Shown here: positions 1 through 9,435 of the stretch, one piece after another
Position numbering within the stretch: position 1 is the stretch's first letter
Layout: each line of letters starts with the position of its first letter
Source: Planctomycetota bacterium
Lineage (GTDB): Bacteria; Planctomycetota; UBA1135; UBA2386
NCBI GenBank assembly: GCA_965223545.1
Contig: OZ245006.1
Location: forward strand, 1,856,001 to 1,920,000
DNA: 64,000 bases
Reading direction: 5' to 3'
Notes under the pieces: model-generated
What the model saw: only the letters and a program-made list of their open reading frames with translations
Told to the model about the DNA's origin: nothing
The model's database searches: none
Made by a program: the position numbers and the translations under genes

Positions 1-2
1 GC

Positions 3-911
3 CAGGACGTGCGACCGGGCGGCGAGAGCTACTTCCTGCGCGTGGCCGCCAACACCTCGAGCGCGCGAAAGCTGGATTGGACCATCAACAATGGCAGCGG
101 CAGCAGCACGCTCTCCTACTCGTTCGGCATCGGCGAGTTCAAGACCTGGACCCACATCGCCGCGACCTACGACGGCCGCAACTCGGCCCTGTACGTGAAC
201 GGTGTGCAAGTCGCGCGCCGCGGCGTCGGCGGCGACCTGCGCGACAACCAAGGCGTCCTGCGCATCGGTGAGGGCGACTCGAGCACGCCGGGGTTGGAGT
301 GCTGGCACGGCGCCATCGACGAGTTCCGCATCTGGCCGTTCGCCCGCTCGGCGCCCGAGATCCTCGAGGGCATGCAGTACGGCATCCGCGGTCTGCCCGG
401 AATCACCTCGTTCAACCTGGACAACGGCACGGTCGCCGACTCGTCGGGCGGGCGGAGCGGCACCCTGGTCGGCGGCACCTGGGTCGCCGGCGTGCCCAAC
501 ATGCCGACTCGCTGGAGCGGCGCGGTCAGCCACGGTGCGGAGACCAACTTCTGCAACCAGACCTCGGTGATGACCGCGGGCTCACTACCGGTCAGCGGCA
601 ACAACGAGTTCTCGTTGGCGGTCTACGACGGTCCGTCGGGCTTCGCCACCGCGCTGTTCGCGGCGCAGCTGTTGCAGACCCCCATCGTCGGCGGCGGCAT
701 CGCGTTCCACTTGGATCCGAGCACCCTCTTGGTGGCCTCCACGCCCGGCCTCGCCCTCACGTCCGGGATCACCCGCTACAAGCTGTCGATCCCCAGCACT
801 CCAGCGCTGATCGGCAAACCGCTGGCCGCCCAGTTCGCCTATCGCGACACCGTCGGTTGCGGCAGCAACGGGGTCATGGCGACCCGGGGCTTCGGCTTCG
901 TGGTGCAGTGA
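3..911 (+). CDS. LamG/concanavalin-like domain protein with shared C-terminal domain (5'-partial)
   Basis: WTHIAATYDG..LYVNG, LRIG, HGAIDEFRIW LamG motifs; frame open to the window edge. Confidence 0.8.
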   Translation, partial: QDVRPGGESYFLRVAANTSSARKLDWTINNGSGSSTLSYSFGIGEFKTWTHIAATYDGRNSALYVNGVQVARRGVGGDLRDNQGVLRIGEGDSSTPGLECWHGAIDEFRIWPFARSAPEILEGMQYGIRGLPGITSFNLDNGTVADSSGGRSGTLVGGTWVAGVPNMPTRWSGAVSHGAETNFCNQTSVMTAGSLPVSGNNEFSLAVYDGPSGFATALFAAQLLQTPIVGGGIAFHLDPSTLLVASTPGLALTSGITRYKLSIPSTPALIGKPLAAQFAYRDTVGCGSNGVMATRGFGFVVQ

Positions 912-1614
912 CCTGCGCACCGCCACCCCGCAGCCGCAACGCGGCCAATGGGTGGAACGCGCCATCCGCGAAGCTGTAGTAGTGGGCATCGCCCACCACC
1001 ACGTGGTCGAGCAGCTCGATGCCCAAGAGCTCACCCGCCGCGCGCAGGCGCTCGGTGACGCGGCGATCGTCTTCGCTCGGCTGCGGATCCCCGCTGGGGT
1101 GGTTGTGCGCCAGGACCACCGCGGCGGCGCCGGCGCGGACCGCTCGGCCGAAGACCTCGCGCGGATGCACCGGTGCGGACGACAGGCCGCCAGTGCTGAC
1201 CACGGCCATGCCCAGGACCCGGTGGCGCGCGTCCAGCGTCGCGACCAAGAAGGCCTCCTGTGCCATCGCACGGGTGTGCTCCCGCACCAGCCGGGCGATG
1301 TCCCGGCCATCCCGGACCGCGGTCCCGATCCGCATCCGCGCGGCACTCAGCCGCCGTGCCAAGCCGAACGCGGCGACCAGCGCAGCGGCGCGCACCTCGC
1401 CGATCCCCGCACAGCGGCCCAGCTCGCGGACGTCGGCGCGGGCCAACGAAGCCAGCCCGCCAAATGTCCCGAGCAGTCGCTCCGCCAGCTGTTGGACCCC
1501 CTCACCCCGCCGGCCTGTGCGGAGCAGCACGGCCAGGCACTCGGTGTCCGAGAGCTGCTGCTCGCCGAACAGCAGCATCCGCTCTCGCGGCCCGGTTTGC
1601 ATCGGTCGTCGCAT
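874..1614 (-). CDS. radC: RadC/JAB (UPF0758) family protein
   Basis: PRERML..LSDTECLAVLLRTG N-terminus, HhH motif GIGEVRA, JAB motif HNHPSGDPQPSEDD, LLDHVVVG; ATG at 1614 or 1602. Confidence 0.92.
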   Translation of the reverse strand: MRRPMQTGPRERMLLFGEQQLSDTECLAVLLRTGRRGEGVQQLAERLLGTFGGLASLARADVRELGRCAGIGEVRAAALVAAFGLARRLSAARMRIGTAVRDGRDIARLVREHTRAMAQEAFLVATLDARHRVLGMAVVSTGGLSSAPVHPREVFGRAVRAGAAAVVLAHNHPSGDPQPSEDDRRVTERLRAAGELLGIELLDHVVVGDAHYYSFADGAFHPLAALRLRGGGAQVTAPRSRSPGSP

Positions 1615-1795
1615 TTGGCGGGGGGTCCTCCACCGTGTTGTGGCGTGCGGGCCCGTGCCGGTGACGCATGCACGGCAATTCCACTCAGGCCGCGGCGACA
1701 GATCGGCCCGCCGCGGGTACACCAGAGGGCACGGGCGCCGGCCGCCGGCCGGGCCTCCCCGATCCCCTTGAAGCGCCAGCCGCGCTTTTTTCGCA

Positions 1796-2722
1796 ATGCA
1801 CTCCAACTACCGTTTCGCCCTCGCGCTGGTCGCGAGCCTCACCCCGTCGCTCGCCGCGCAAGACGCCGCGACCGCTACCGAAGCGCACCTGCTGCGCCAC
1901 ACGTTCAAGGAGGGCGCGACCGCGCACTTCTCGGTCACCAACAACGCCAGCATGCTGATGGAGGCCGGCGGGCAGGAGATGGAGATGACGACGGTCATGC
2001 AGACCTTCTACACGCTGAACGTCGTCAGCGTCGGCGAAGACGGCAACGCCCGCGTCGAGCAGACGTGCTTTCGCGTCAAGGGCTCCTTCGAGCACCCGAT
2101 GATGGGCTCGCTGGCGTTCGACAGCGACGACGAGGAGTCGGACGCGGGCCCGATGGAGCAGATGCTGGACCTGGTCGGCAGCAAGATGAGCGCCACCATC
2201 GACCCGCGCGGCCAGACCAGCGACGTCGAGGTGCCCGGCTTCGTCGAGAACCTCGGCGCCGGCGACGTGTCCCAGACCCTCGCCCGCCTGTTCCCCACGT
2301 TCCCGGAAGAGCCGATCGAGATCGGCGCCACCTGGAAGGTCGACAGCGAGCAGCGCATGGGGCAGATGGGTGCGGTCAGCATGCAGACCACCAACAAGCT
2401 GACCGCCGTCGACGGCAACGCCATCACCATCGAGCAGCAGATCGCGGGCTCCACCGATGCGGAGAGCGAGTTCCAGATGACGACCAACAAGGGCGTCGGC
2501 ACCATCCAGCTGGAGCGCTTCGAGCTGCTGCCGACCGTGGCGGAAGCCGAGCTCGAGCTCGAGTTCGACTCGATGATGGCCGGCGGTCAGGTGCACACCA
2601 AGGTGTCGGTCGCGGCGTGCGAGCCGCCGGCGGCAAAGGAAGCCGAGAGCACCGGCGAGGAGAAGCCGGCCACGGACGCCGGTAACACGCCGGACAAGAC
2701 CGGCGGCGGCGACGACCGCTGA
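1796..2722 (+). CDS. Secreted hypothetical protein (DUF6263-like)
   Basis: Signal peptide ending SLAA-Q; beta-rich body with FPEEPIEIGATWK motif; strong GC3 codon bias. Confidence 0.65.
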   Translation: MHSNYRFALALVASLTPSLAAQDAATATEAHLLRHTFKEGATAHFSVTNNASMLMEAGGQEMEMTTVMQTFYTLNVVSVGEDGNARVEQTCFRVKGSFEHPMMGSLAFDSDDEESDAGPMEQMLDLVGSKMSATIDPRGQTSDVEVPGFVENLGAGDVSQTLARLFPTFPEEPIEIGATWKVDSEQRMGQMGAVSMQTTNKLTAVDGNAITIEQQIAGSTDAESEFQMTTNKGVGTIQLERFELLPTVAEAELELEFDSMMAGGQVHTKVSVAACEPPAAKEAESTGEEKPATDAGNTPDKTGGGDDR

Positions 2723-2783
2723 CCGCCCGCCGGGCGCGGCCCTTCGCCGCGGCGCCGGGGTAGGGTAAGTAGTGTCGCCGCCC

Positions 2784-3842
2784 ATGCCCTCGCCCTCGCC
2801 CAGCGCCCGCCGTCTGCGGCTCAACCTGTCCCGGCTGCTGCCGTTCTGGTGGTGGCTGGTCTGGTTCTACAGCGCGTGGCTGGCGCTGGTCTTGCTCGGC
2901 GAGCTGTGGCCGACGGTGCTGCAGCACTGGCCGATCGCGGCGGCGATGGCCGCCGGATCGTACGTCGCCGGCTCGACGCCGATGGGCGGCGGCACGGTCG
3001 GCTTTCCGGTGCTGGTCCTGCTGTTCGACGGCCCGGCGGCTCTGGGCCGCGGCTTCAGCTACTGCATCCAGTCGATCGGCATGACCTCGGCAGGCCTGTT
3101 CCTGCTCTCGAGCCGGGCACCGATCGGCGGCCGGCTGTTGCTGTGGACCATGCTCGGCATGACCGTCAGCATTCCGCTGACGCTGCGCCACATCGCGCCG
3201 CTGGCCTCGGACCTCACCGTCAAGCTGCTGTTCGCCTGCCTCTGGGCGGCGTTCGGCCTGGCCACGTTGGTGCGCCTGCGCCAGCTGCTGCGCGCCCACC
3301 ACATGCCGCACCTGTCGCACGGTTGGGACATGGCGCTGGGCACGACTGCCGGCGTGCTCGGCGGAGTCGCGACCGGGCTGACCGGCGTCGGCGTCGACAT
3401 GATGCTCTACATGGTGATGGTGCTGCTCTACCGCTGTGACCTCCGCGCGGCGATCGGCACCAGCGTGTTGGCGATGGCGTACGGCTCGATGGTCGGCGTC
3501 GTGGCCAGCGCCGGCGGCGGGCAGCTCGACCGCGTCGTCTTCGACCACTGGGTCGCGGCGGCGCCGGTGGTCGCGATCGGCGCCCCGATCGGCGTCCTGA
3601 TGATGCGCATCATCCCGCGCACGCTCACCCTCGTGCTGGTCTCGTGCCTCTGCGTCCTACAGCTGATCTGGACCTGCATCGACCAGCAGCTCTCCGCACC
3701 GATGTGGGGCCTCGCCATCGCCGCGGTGCTGGCCGCCAACCTGCTGTTCCACGTGCTCTACCGGTGTGGCAAGCGCCTGGTGCCGGAACGGCCGGTCACG
3801 GCCGAGGAGGCGGAGCCCCATGCCGCCGAGGCCATCTCTTGA
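2784..3842 (+). CDS. TauE/SafE family (sulfite exporter-like) membrane protein
   Basis: GSYVAGSTPMGGGTVGFPVL motif, about 10 hydrophobic segments, second repeat GLTGVGVD, AAIGTSV. Confidence 0.85.
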   Translation: MPSPSPSARRLRLNLSRLLPFWWWLVWFYSAWLALVLLGELWPTVLQHWPIAAAMAAGSYVAGSTPMGGGTVGFPVLVLLFDGPAALGRGFSYCIQSIGMTSAGLFLLSSRAPIGGRLLLWTMLGMTVSIPLTLRHIAPLASDLTVKLLFACLWAAFGLATLVRLRQLLRAHHMPHLSHGWDMALGTTAGVLGGVATGLTGVGVDMMLYMVMVLLYRCDLRAAIGTSVLAMAYGSMVGVVASAGGGQLDRVVFDHWVAAAPVVAIGAPIGVLMMRIIPRTLTLVLVSCLCVLQLIWTCIDQQLSAPMWGLAIAAVLAANLLFHVLYRCGKRLVPERPVTAEEAEPHAAEAIS

Positions 3843-3857
3843 CCCCTTGACGCGCGG

Positions 3858-3891
3858 CGGTGCTGTCGCGACGGTGGCGCCGACAGCACCG
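3858..3891. terminator. 11-bp perfect inverted repeat downstream of tauE-like gene
   Basis: CGGTGCTGTCG (3858-3868) / CGACAGCACCG (3881-3891), 12-nt loop; no U-tract. Confidence 0.4.
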
Positions 3892-4058
3892 GTGCTTCCG
3901 CCGCGCGCTCAGCCTCGCCACCACCACCGCGGCGTCCCGACGCCACGGTCGTGTCGGGCAATCGAGGTGCCGGAGGCAACGCCATGGTGTTAGCTTGGAC
4001 GTGGGCTGCCGCGCTGCGCGCCGCTCTCGTCCGCCTCTTCGACGCTCTCCCAACCCGC

Positions 4059-5576
4059 ATGCCCCAAACGTCCGACGTCCTCGTCATCGGCGGCGGCCCG
4101 GCCGGCTCGACCGCCGCCTGCCTCCTCGCCAAGAAAGGCCACAACGTCACCGTGCTCGAGAAGGAGCGGTTCCCGCGCGAGCACGTCGGCGAGTCGCTGC
4201 TGCCGTACTGCTACGGCCTGTTCAAGAAGCTCGGCGTGCTGAGCAACATGAAGAAGAGCTGGGTGCGCAAGCCCGGCGTCCGCTTCCTCGACACCGACGG
4301 CCGGCAGTTCACCACCTGGTGCTTCGGCCACGTCCTCAAGGACCCCAGCCACCTGTCGTTCCACGTGGTGCGCGCGCAGTTCGACCAGATGCTGCTCAAC
4401 AACGCGCGCGACAACGGAGTCCACGTCCGCGAGCAAACCAAAGTCACCAAGGTCGACCTGAGCGACCCTGAGTCGGTCACGGTGCACGCCAAGGGCCCGC
4501 GCGGCGGGGAGCAGGTCCACCGCGCCCGCTTCTTGATCGACGCCAGTGGTCGCGACACGTTCCTCGCCAAACGGCACAAGTGGAAGTCGCCCCACCCGGA
4601 CCTCGACCGCTCCGCCCTGTCGACGCACTGGCTCGGCGGCAAGTTCGTCGGCGGCATCGACGAGGGCCTGCTGCAGATCTGCTATCTCGGTGGCGAGAAG
4701 AAGGGCTGGATCTGGGTGATCCCGGTCGCCGAGGGCCGCCTCAGCATCGGCGTCGTGCTCAACCACAGCTACATCCGCAAGCAGAAGGCCAAGCTGCAGA
4801 AGAAGGGCGTGCGCGATTGGAAGCGCGCGCTGTACGTGCAGGAGCTGCAGACCGCCGACTTCGTGCGCGACATCCTCGCCGACGCGCGCATCGCGCAGCC
4901 CCTGATGTTCAACGGCGACTACTCCTACTTCGTCGACCCCGACAAGAAGTGGGGCGCCAACTACGCGCTGGTCGGCGACGCGTCGGCGTTCATCGACCCG
5001 ATCTTCGCCAGCGGCGTGTACTTGTCGATGAACACCGCCAACCTGGTCTCGGAGGCCCTGCACAAGCGCTTGCGCGGCCGCGACAACAGCGTGGCCGAAG
5101 ACGCGATGGCGAACGCCTACAGCAAGGTCAATGGCGCGTACCGCCTCGTCGACAAGGCGATCCGCATGTTCTACAACCCGGGCGCGATCAACTTCGCGCA
5201 GGCGGGGAGCGCGACCTCGATCATCCATTCGCGGCACGAGGATGCGATGGCGCTCGGCCACTACCTGCTGGCCGGCGACTTCTTCGACCGGCACCAGGAG
5301 TACAGCGACTTCATCGACACGCTGCAGGACCCCAAGCTGTTCGCGAAATACAAGTCGTTCGTCATCGACCGGCCGGACTTCCAGGCGACCACCTGCCACG
5401 TCCAGCGGTCGACCGTGTTCCACTCGCTGATGGAGGAGCACCGCGCCCACGCCGCGTTGCATCCGTCCACGCCGAAGCCAACGCCGAAGAACGGCAGTGG
5501 CACGACGGCCAAGAAGCCGCGAAAGAAGAAGGCCGGCAAGAGCGCCGCCAAGTCCGTGGCACGCCGCGCGCGCTGA
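4059..5576 (+). CDS. Flavin-dependent halogenase family protein
   Basis: GGGPAG FAD motif, FPREHVGESL, RKPG (catalytic Lys position), GWIWVIP (WxWxIP), GDASAFIDPIFASGV; Lys-rich C-terminal tail. Confidence 0.85.
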   Translation: MPQTSDVLVIGGGPAGSTAACLLAKKGHNVTVLEKERFPREHVGESLLPYCYGLFKKLGVLSNMKKSWVRKPGVRFLDTDGRQFTTWCFGHVLKDPSHLSFHVVRAQFDQMLLNNARDNGVHVREQTKVTKVDLSDPESVTVHAKGPRGGEQVHRARFLIDASGRDTFLAKRHKWKSPHPDLDRSALSTHWLGGKFVGGIDEGLLQICYLGGEKKGWIWVIPVAEGRLSIGVVLNHSYIRKQKAKLQKKGVRDWKRALYVQELQTADFVRDILADARIAQPLMFNGDYSYFVDPDKKWGANYALVGDASAFIDPIFASGVYLSMNTANLVSEALHKRLRGRDNSVAEDAMANAYSKVNGAYRLVDKAIRMFYNPGAINFAQAGSATSIIHSRHEDAMALGHYLLAGDFFDRHQEYSDFIDTLQDPKLFAKYKSFVIDRPDFQATTCHVQRSTVFHSLMEEHRAHAALHPSTPKPTPKNGSGTTAKKPRKKKAGKSAAKSVARRAR

Positions 5577-5624
5577 CGCTCAGCCACGCTTTTCGCCCCG
5601 CTGGGAATCACGGATTTGCCCGCG

Positions 5625-8198
5625 ATGAGCCTCCCCTCGCTATCAGGCTGGCTGTCGACGCCGGTGGACGTCGACGTCGAGCAGCGGTCGGCGCGCCTGC
5701 CGGCCACGGCTGCCGAGTGGCAGCGCTTCGCGCTGGTCGTCGTCCAGCTGTTCTTGCTGGCCTGGGTCATCGACCGCTGGCAGATCGAGAGCCGCGCCTT
5801 CAGCCGCGTCTTCACCCTGGCCGCCGGCGGCGCGGTGATCCACGCGCTGCTGCCGCTGCGCTTCCGCATGGCGTTCTTCGTCGCTCTGTCGGGCGCCGGC
5901 CTGGTGTCGGTGCTCGGCCCGCGCGGCGCCGGCGTGGTGATCGGCATCGGCGTCGCGTTCCTCGCCATCTGCTGCGCGCCACTGAAGACCCTCACCAAAG
6001 TGGTCACGCTGCTGGCCGCCGGCACCGCGCTGACGTTGCTGCGCAACGACACCATCTCGGCGCCGTGGTCGAGCGCGCTCTGGCCGGTGATCGGCTCGCT
6101 GCTGATGTTCCGGGTCGCGATCTTCGTCTACGACCTGACCCACAACATCCGCCCGCGGTCGGTGTGGGAGGCGCTGGCCTACTTCTTCATGCTGCCCAAC
6201 GTGGCGATGGTGCTGTTTCCCGTCGTCGACTTCGCCACGTTCCGCAAGACCTACTACGCCGAGAATGCGTGGCAGTGCTGCCAAACCGGCCTGCGCTGGA
6301 TCGTGCGTGGTGTGGTGCAGCTGCTGCTCTACCGCCTGATCTACTACTACGGCGTGCTGGCCCCCGAGGAGGTGCACGGCGCGGGCGACATCTTCCGGTA
6401 CGTGGTGGCGACCTTCGGGCTCTACTTCCGCGTCTCCGGCATCTTCCACGTCGCGATCGGCATCCTGCGCCTGTTCGGCTTCGGCTTGCCCGAGACCCAC
6501 TTCCTGTATTGGCTTTCGGCGAGCGTCAACGACTTCTGGCGGCGGGCGAACATCTACTGGAAGGACTTCATGCTGAAGCTCTTCTACCTGCCCGCCTTCT
6601 TCCGGCTGCGCAAGCAGGGCCAGACCCAGGCCTTCGTGCTGGCCACCGCGTGGGTGGTGTTCTCCACCTGGTGGCTGCACTCGTACCAGTGGTTCTGGCT
6701 GCGCGGCGAATTCCCGGTCAAGTGGCAAGACGGCGTGTTCTGGTGCGTGATCGGCGCGCTCATGGTGTGGAACACGCTCCGCGAGCAACGGCTGTCACGC
6801 GCCCGCGGACGCCGGGCGGCGGCCCAGGGCATGCGCGCATTCCTGACGCGCACGGGCGGCATCCTGGCTACCTTCGCCTTCATCTCCCTGCTGTGGTCGG
6901 TGTGGACCTGCGAGTCGGCCAGCACATGGGTGGCGATGTGGGGCACGATCGGCACCGAGGGCACGCCCGCAACGCCACCCGCGGTGGCGTGGGCCATGGT
7001 GATCGGCGTGCTGGCCATCCTGATCGGCGGCAGCGCCATCGGCCACCGGCTGACCGACGCCACCACCGGCAGCGCGGACGACACGCGCAACTTCGTCACC
7101 AACGCCGTCACCACCGTGGCCAGCGCGGGCATCCTGTTGGTGCTGAGCACGTCCTGGCTGCATGCCAAGCTGCCGCAGGACGCCTCGGAGGTGATGCAGT
7201 CGCTGCGCGTCGCCCGCCTCAACCGCCTGGACGCCGAGAAGCTGCAGCGCGGCTACTACGAGGACCTGCTCGACGTGGACCGCTTCAACTCCGAGCTGTG
7301 GAACGCGTTCAAGTCGAAGCCGCGCGACTGGGTCAACCTCGACAAGACGCCGGCCATGCAGCCCACCGACGACTTCGCCCTGACCGAGCTCCGGCCCGGA
7401 ATCGAGATCGAGTACCACGGCGCCACCCTGCGCACCAACGCTTTCGGGCTGCGCGACCGCGACTACGCCGAGACCAAGCCGGACGGCACCTGGCGGGCGG
7501 CGCTGATCGGCGCCTCCTACGTGATGGGCTCCGGCGTCGGCAACGATCAGACCTTCGAAAACCTCATCGAGGATCGCCTCAACGCCGAGCCCCCCGCCGG
7601 CGGTGCCCAGCGCTACGAGATCCTCAACTTCTCCGTCGCCGGCTACGGCCCGATGCAGCGTGTTTGGGCGTTCGAGCACCGCGCGCTCCGCTTCGCGCCC
7701 GACGTTGTCATCTACATCGGCCACGAGAACGAGGAGTACCGCATCAAGCGGCACCTCGCCTCGGCGCGCGAGCGCGGACTCACGCTGCCCTATCCCGAGC
7801 TGCAGCGCATCTACGAGCAGGCCGGGATCACGGACGAGATGGCGACCGAGGCCTTCGAGAACGCGCTCGATCCGCACGTGCGTGACATCATCGCCTTGAT
7901 CTACCGCCGGCTCGGGGAGACCGCCCGGGCAGCGGGCGTTCGCCCGGTGTGGGTGCTGCTGCCGACGCTGGAGATGGCGGGCGAGCGCGATGAGCTCGCC
8001 TGGCTGACGGCCTTGGCGACCGACGCCGACCTCGAAGTCATCGAGCTGTTCGGCGTGTACGACGGCCACGACATCTTCACCATTCGCCTCGCCGACTGGG
8101 ACTACCACCCCAACCCGACCGGCCACGAAATCATCGCCGAGCGGCTGCTCACCGAGCTCCGGGCAAGACCCGAGCTGCTCCAACCTCGTGCGCAGTGA
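5625..8198 (+). CDS. MBOAT O-acyltransferase fused to C-terminal SGNH/GDSL-like domain
   Basis: Multi-TM N-half with SVNDFWRRANIYW and STWWLH; soluble C-half with IGASYVMG, NFSVAGYG, DYHPN. Confidence 0.8.
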   Translation: MSLPSLSGWLSTPVDVDVEQRSARLPATAAEWQRFALVVVQLFLLAWVIDRWQIESRAFSRVFTLAAGGAVIHALLPLRFRMAFFVALSGAGLVSVLGPRGAGVVIGIGVAFLAICCAPLKTLTKVVTLLAAGTALTLLRNDTISAPWSSALWPVIGSLLMFRVAIFVYDLTHNIRPRSVWEALAYFFMLPNVAMVLFPVVDFATFRKTYYAENAWQCCQTGLRWIVRGVVQLLLYRLIYYYGVLAPEEVHGAGDIFRYVVATFGLYFRVSGIFHVAIGILRLFGFGLPETHFLYWLSASVNDFWRRANIYWKDFMLKLFYLPAFFRLRKQGQTQAFVLATAWVVFSTWWLHSYQWFWLRGEFPVKWQDGVFWCVIGALMVWNTLREQRLSRARGRRAAAQGMRAFLTRTGGILATFAFISLLWSVWTCESASTWVAMWGTIGTEGTPATPPAVAWAMVIGVLAILIGGSAIGHRLTDATTGSADDTRNFVTNAVTTVASAGILLVLSTSWLHAKLPQDASEVMQSLRVARLNRLDAEKLQRGYYEDLLDVDRFNSELWNAFKSKPRDWVNLDKTPAMQPTDDFALTELRPGIEIEYHGATLRTNAFGLRDRDYAETKPDGTWRAALIGASYVMGSGVGNDQTFENLIEDRLNAEPPAGGAQRYEILNFSVAGYGPMQRVWAFEHRALRFAPDVVIYIGHENEEYRIKRHLASARERGLTLPYPELQRIYEQAGITDEMATEAFENALDPHVRDIIALIYRRLGETARAAGVRPVWVLLPTLEMAGERDELAWLTALATDADLEVIELFGVYDGHDIFTIRLADWDYHPNPTGHEIIAERLLTELRARPELLQPRAQ

Positions 8199-8225
8199 GC
8201 GGGGACCGGCCGGACGGCGGCGCGG

Positions 8226-9320
8226 TCAGGCCGGGAACACGGCGTAGCTGTGGCCCAAGCTGGGACGCCGACCGAGCGCGAACACCGCGTGCCAAGCGAC
8301 CACGTCGGCCGCGTGGCTCGGCAACAGCAGCGCATCCCCGGCGCGCAGCAAGTACAGGGCGCCGCGCGCGACCAAGCGCGCGGTGAACGCCGGCTCGAAA
8401 TTGAGTAGACGCCACAGCTCGGCGTCGTCCGGGTCGGCGAGAGCCGCGAGCGCGTCGTCGACAGACGCCAGCCGCGCTGCCAGCGGCGTGCCGGCGGCGT
8501 GCTCGACGAGCACTGCGGCCAGCTCGCGCACCGGCAACGCCAGCCAAGCCGTCCAACCCGACATCTGACCGTAGACCACCGCGCGCTGGCCGGGGTCGGC
8601 GTCGTGGTGAAACACGGCGCCGCCGAGCGGCGCGTTGGAGTAGACGATGCGCTCGGACAACCGCACCGGCCCGCCGACCAGCGCGCGCAACGCCGCCAGC
8701 AGGTCGGGGTGCTCGGCCACGATCGCGCACTCGGGAAACACCGCGGTCGCCAGCCGGTCGGCCCAGAGCGCGCCGACGTTATCCCCGACCCACTCCTCCA
8801 GCCGCTCGACGCCACAGGAGAACCGAATCCGCAGCGACACGTCGGTGTCGTCGTCGGCGATCCAGCTCAGCTTGGCCCAGACGTCGCGCGCCAGCAGCAC
8901 GTCGCCGTCGCGTGCATCGGTGTACACCTTCTCGATCTCCCGCATGTCGAGCAGGTCGACCGTGCTGCTGGTGATCTGCAGCCCGGTCTCGTCGGAGGCG
9001 AGCAGCCGGTCACGCAGCTCGGGCAGGAACCGCCGGCCGCGGCGCAGGCGGTCGAACATCTCCAAGCTGTCCCGCACCAAGCCGGCGCCGGCCTCGAGGT
9101 ACGGAGTCAGGACACCTGGGACGTAAACCGGCCGGGCCGCCCGCCAACGCTCCTCGACATCCTCGGGAGGCGCGGAGTCCGGCGGCATCGCCACCCAGCC
9201 GTGGTGCACCCCCCGCCGCCGCAGGGCGACGACCAGGCCGGCGACGCGCTCCCGCTCCAGCGCGGTGCGCGAGGTATCCGGGGGTAGATAGCGCGGTGCT
9301 GTCGAGAATTCGGCGGACAT
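8226..9320 (-). CDS. Cupin/JmjC-like hypothetical protein (putative Fe(II)/2OG oxygenase)
   Basis: GAVFHHDAD (HxD), GQMSGWTAW, LRAGDALLLPS...WHAV. Confidence 0.55.
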   Translation of the reverse strand: MSAEFSTAPRYLPPDTSRTALERERVAGLVVALRRRGVHHGWVAMPPDSAPPEDVEERWRAARPVYVPGVLTPYLEAGAGLVRDSLEMFDRLRRGRRFLPELRDRLLASDETGLQITSSTVDLLDMREIEKVYTDARDGDVLLARDVWAKLSWIADDDTDVSLRIRFSCGVERLEEWVGDNVGALWADRLATAVFPECAIVAEHPDLLAALRALVGGPVRLSERIVYSNAPLGGAVFHHDADPGQRAVVYGQMSGWTAWLALPVRELAAVLVEHAAGTPLAARLASVDDALAALADPDDAELWRLLNFEPAFTARLVARGALYLLRAGDALLLPSHAADVVAWHAVFALGRRPSLGHSYAVFPA

Positions 9321-9435
9321 CGGGAGGCGCGGACCATACGCCGCCGCAACCCCGGCCACCACACCCGGCGACCGCCAACTGCCATTGGCCGAGTGTTTTT
9401 GTCACGCTCCACGCTGACAGACATCCTTCGCCCCG

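Noticed and set aside
874..1614. radC as marker of a mobile element
   Set aside because: Full-length chromosomal type with HhH N-domain; no integrase, transposase or att sites nearby
3843..4058. Riboswitch or ncRNA upstream of the halogenase
   Set aside because: Strong hairpin present but no recognisable aptamer consensus; an Rfam/Infernal search would be needed
4580..7885. 1101-aa ORF and similar long Arg/Ala/Gly-rich ORFs (18880-21669, 23730-27563, 30899-34357)
   Set aside because: Shadow frames of well-supported genes, expected at this GC content; no motifs
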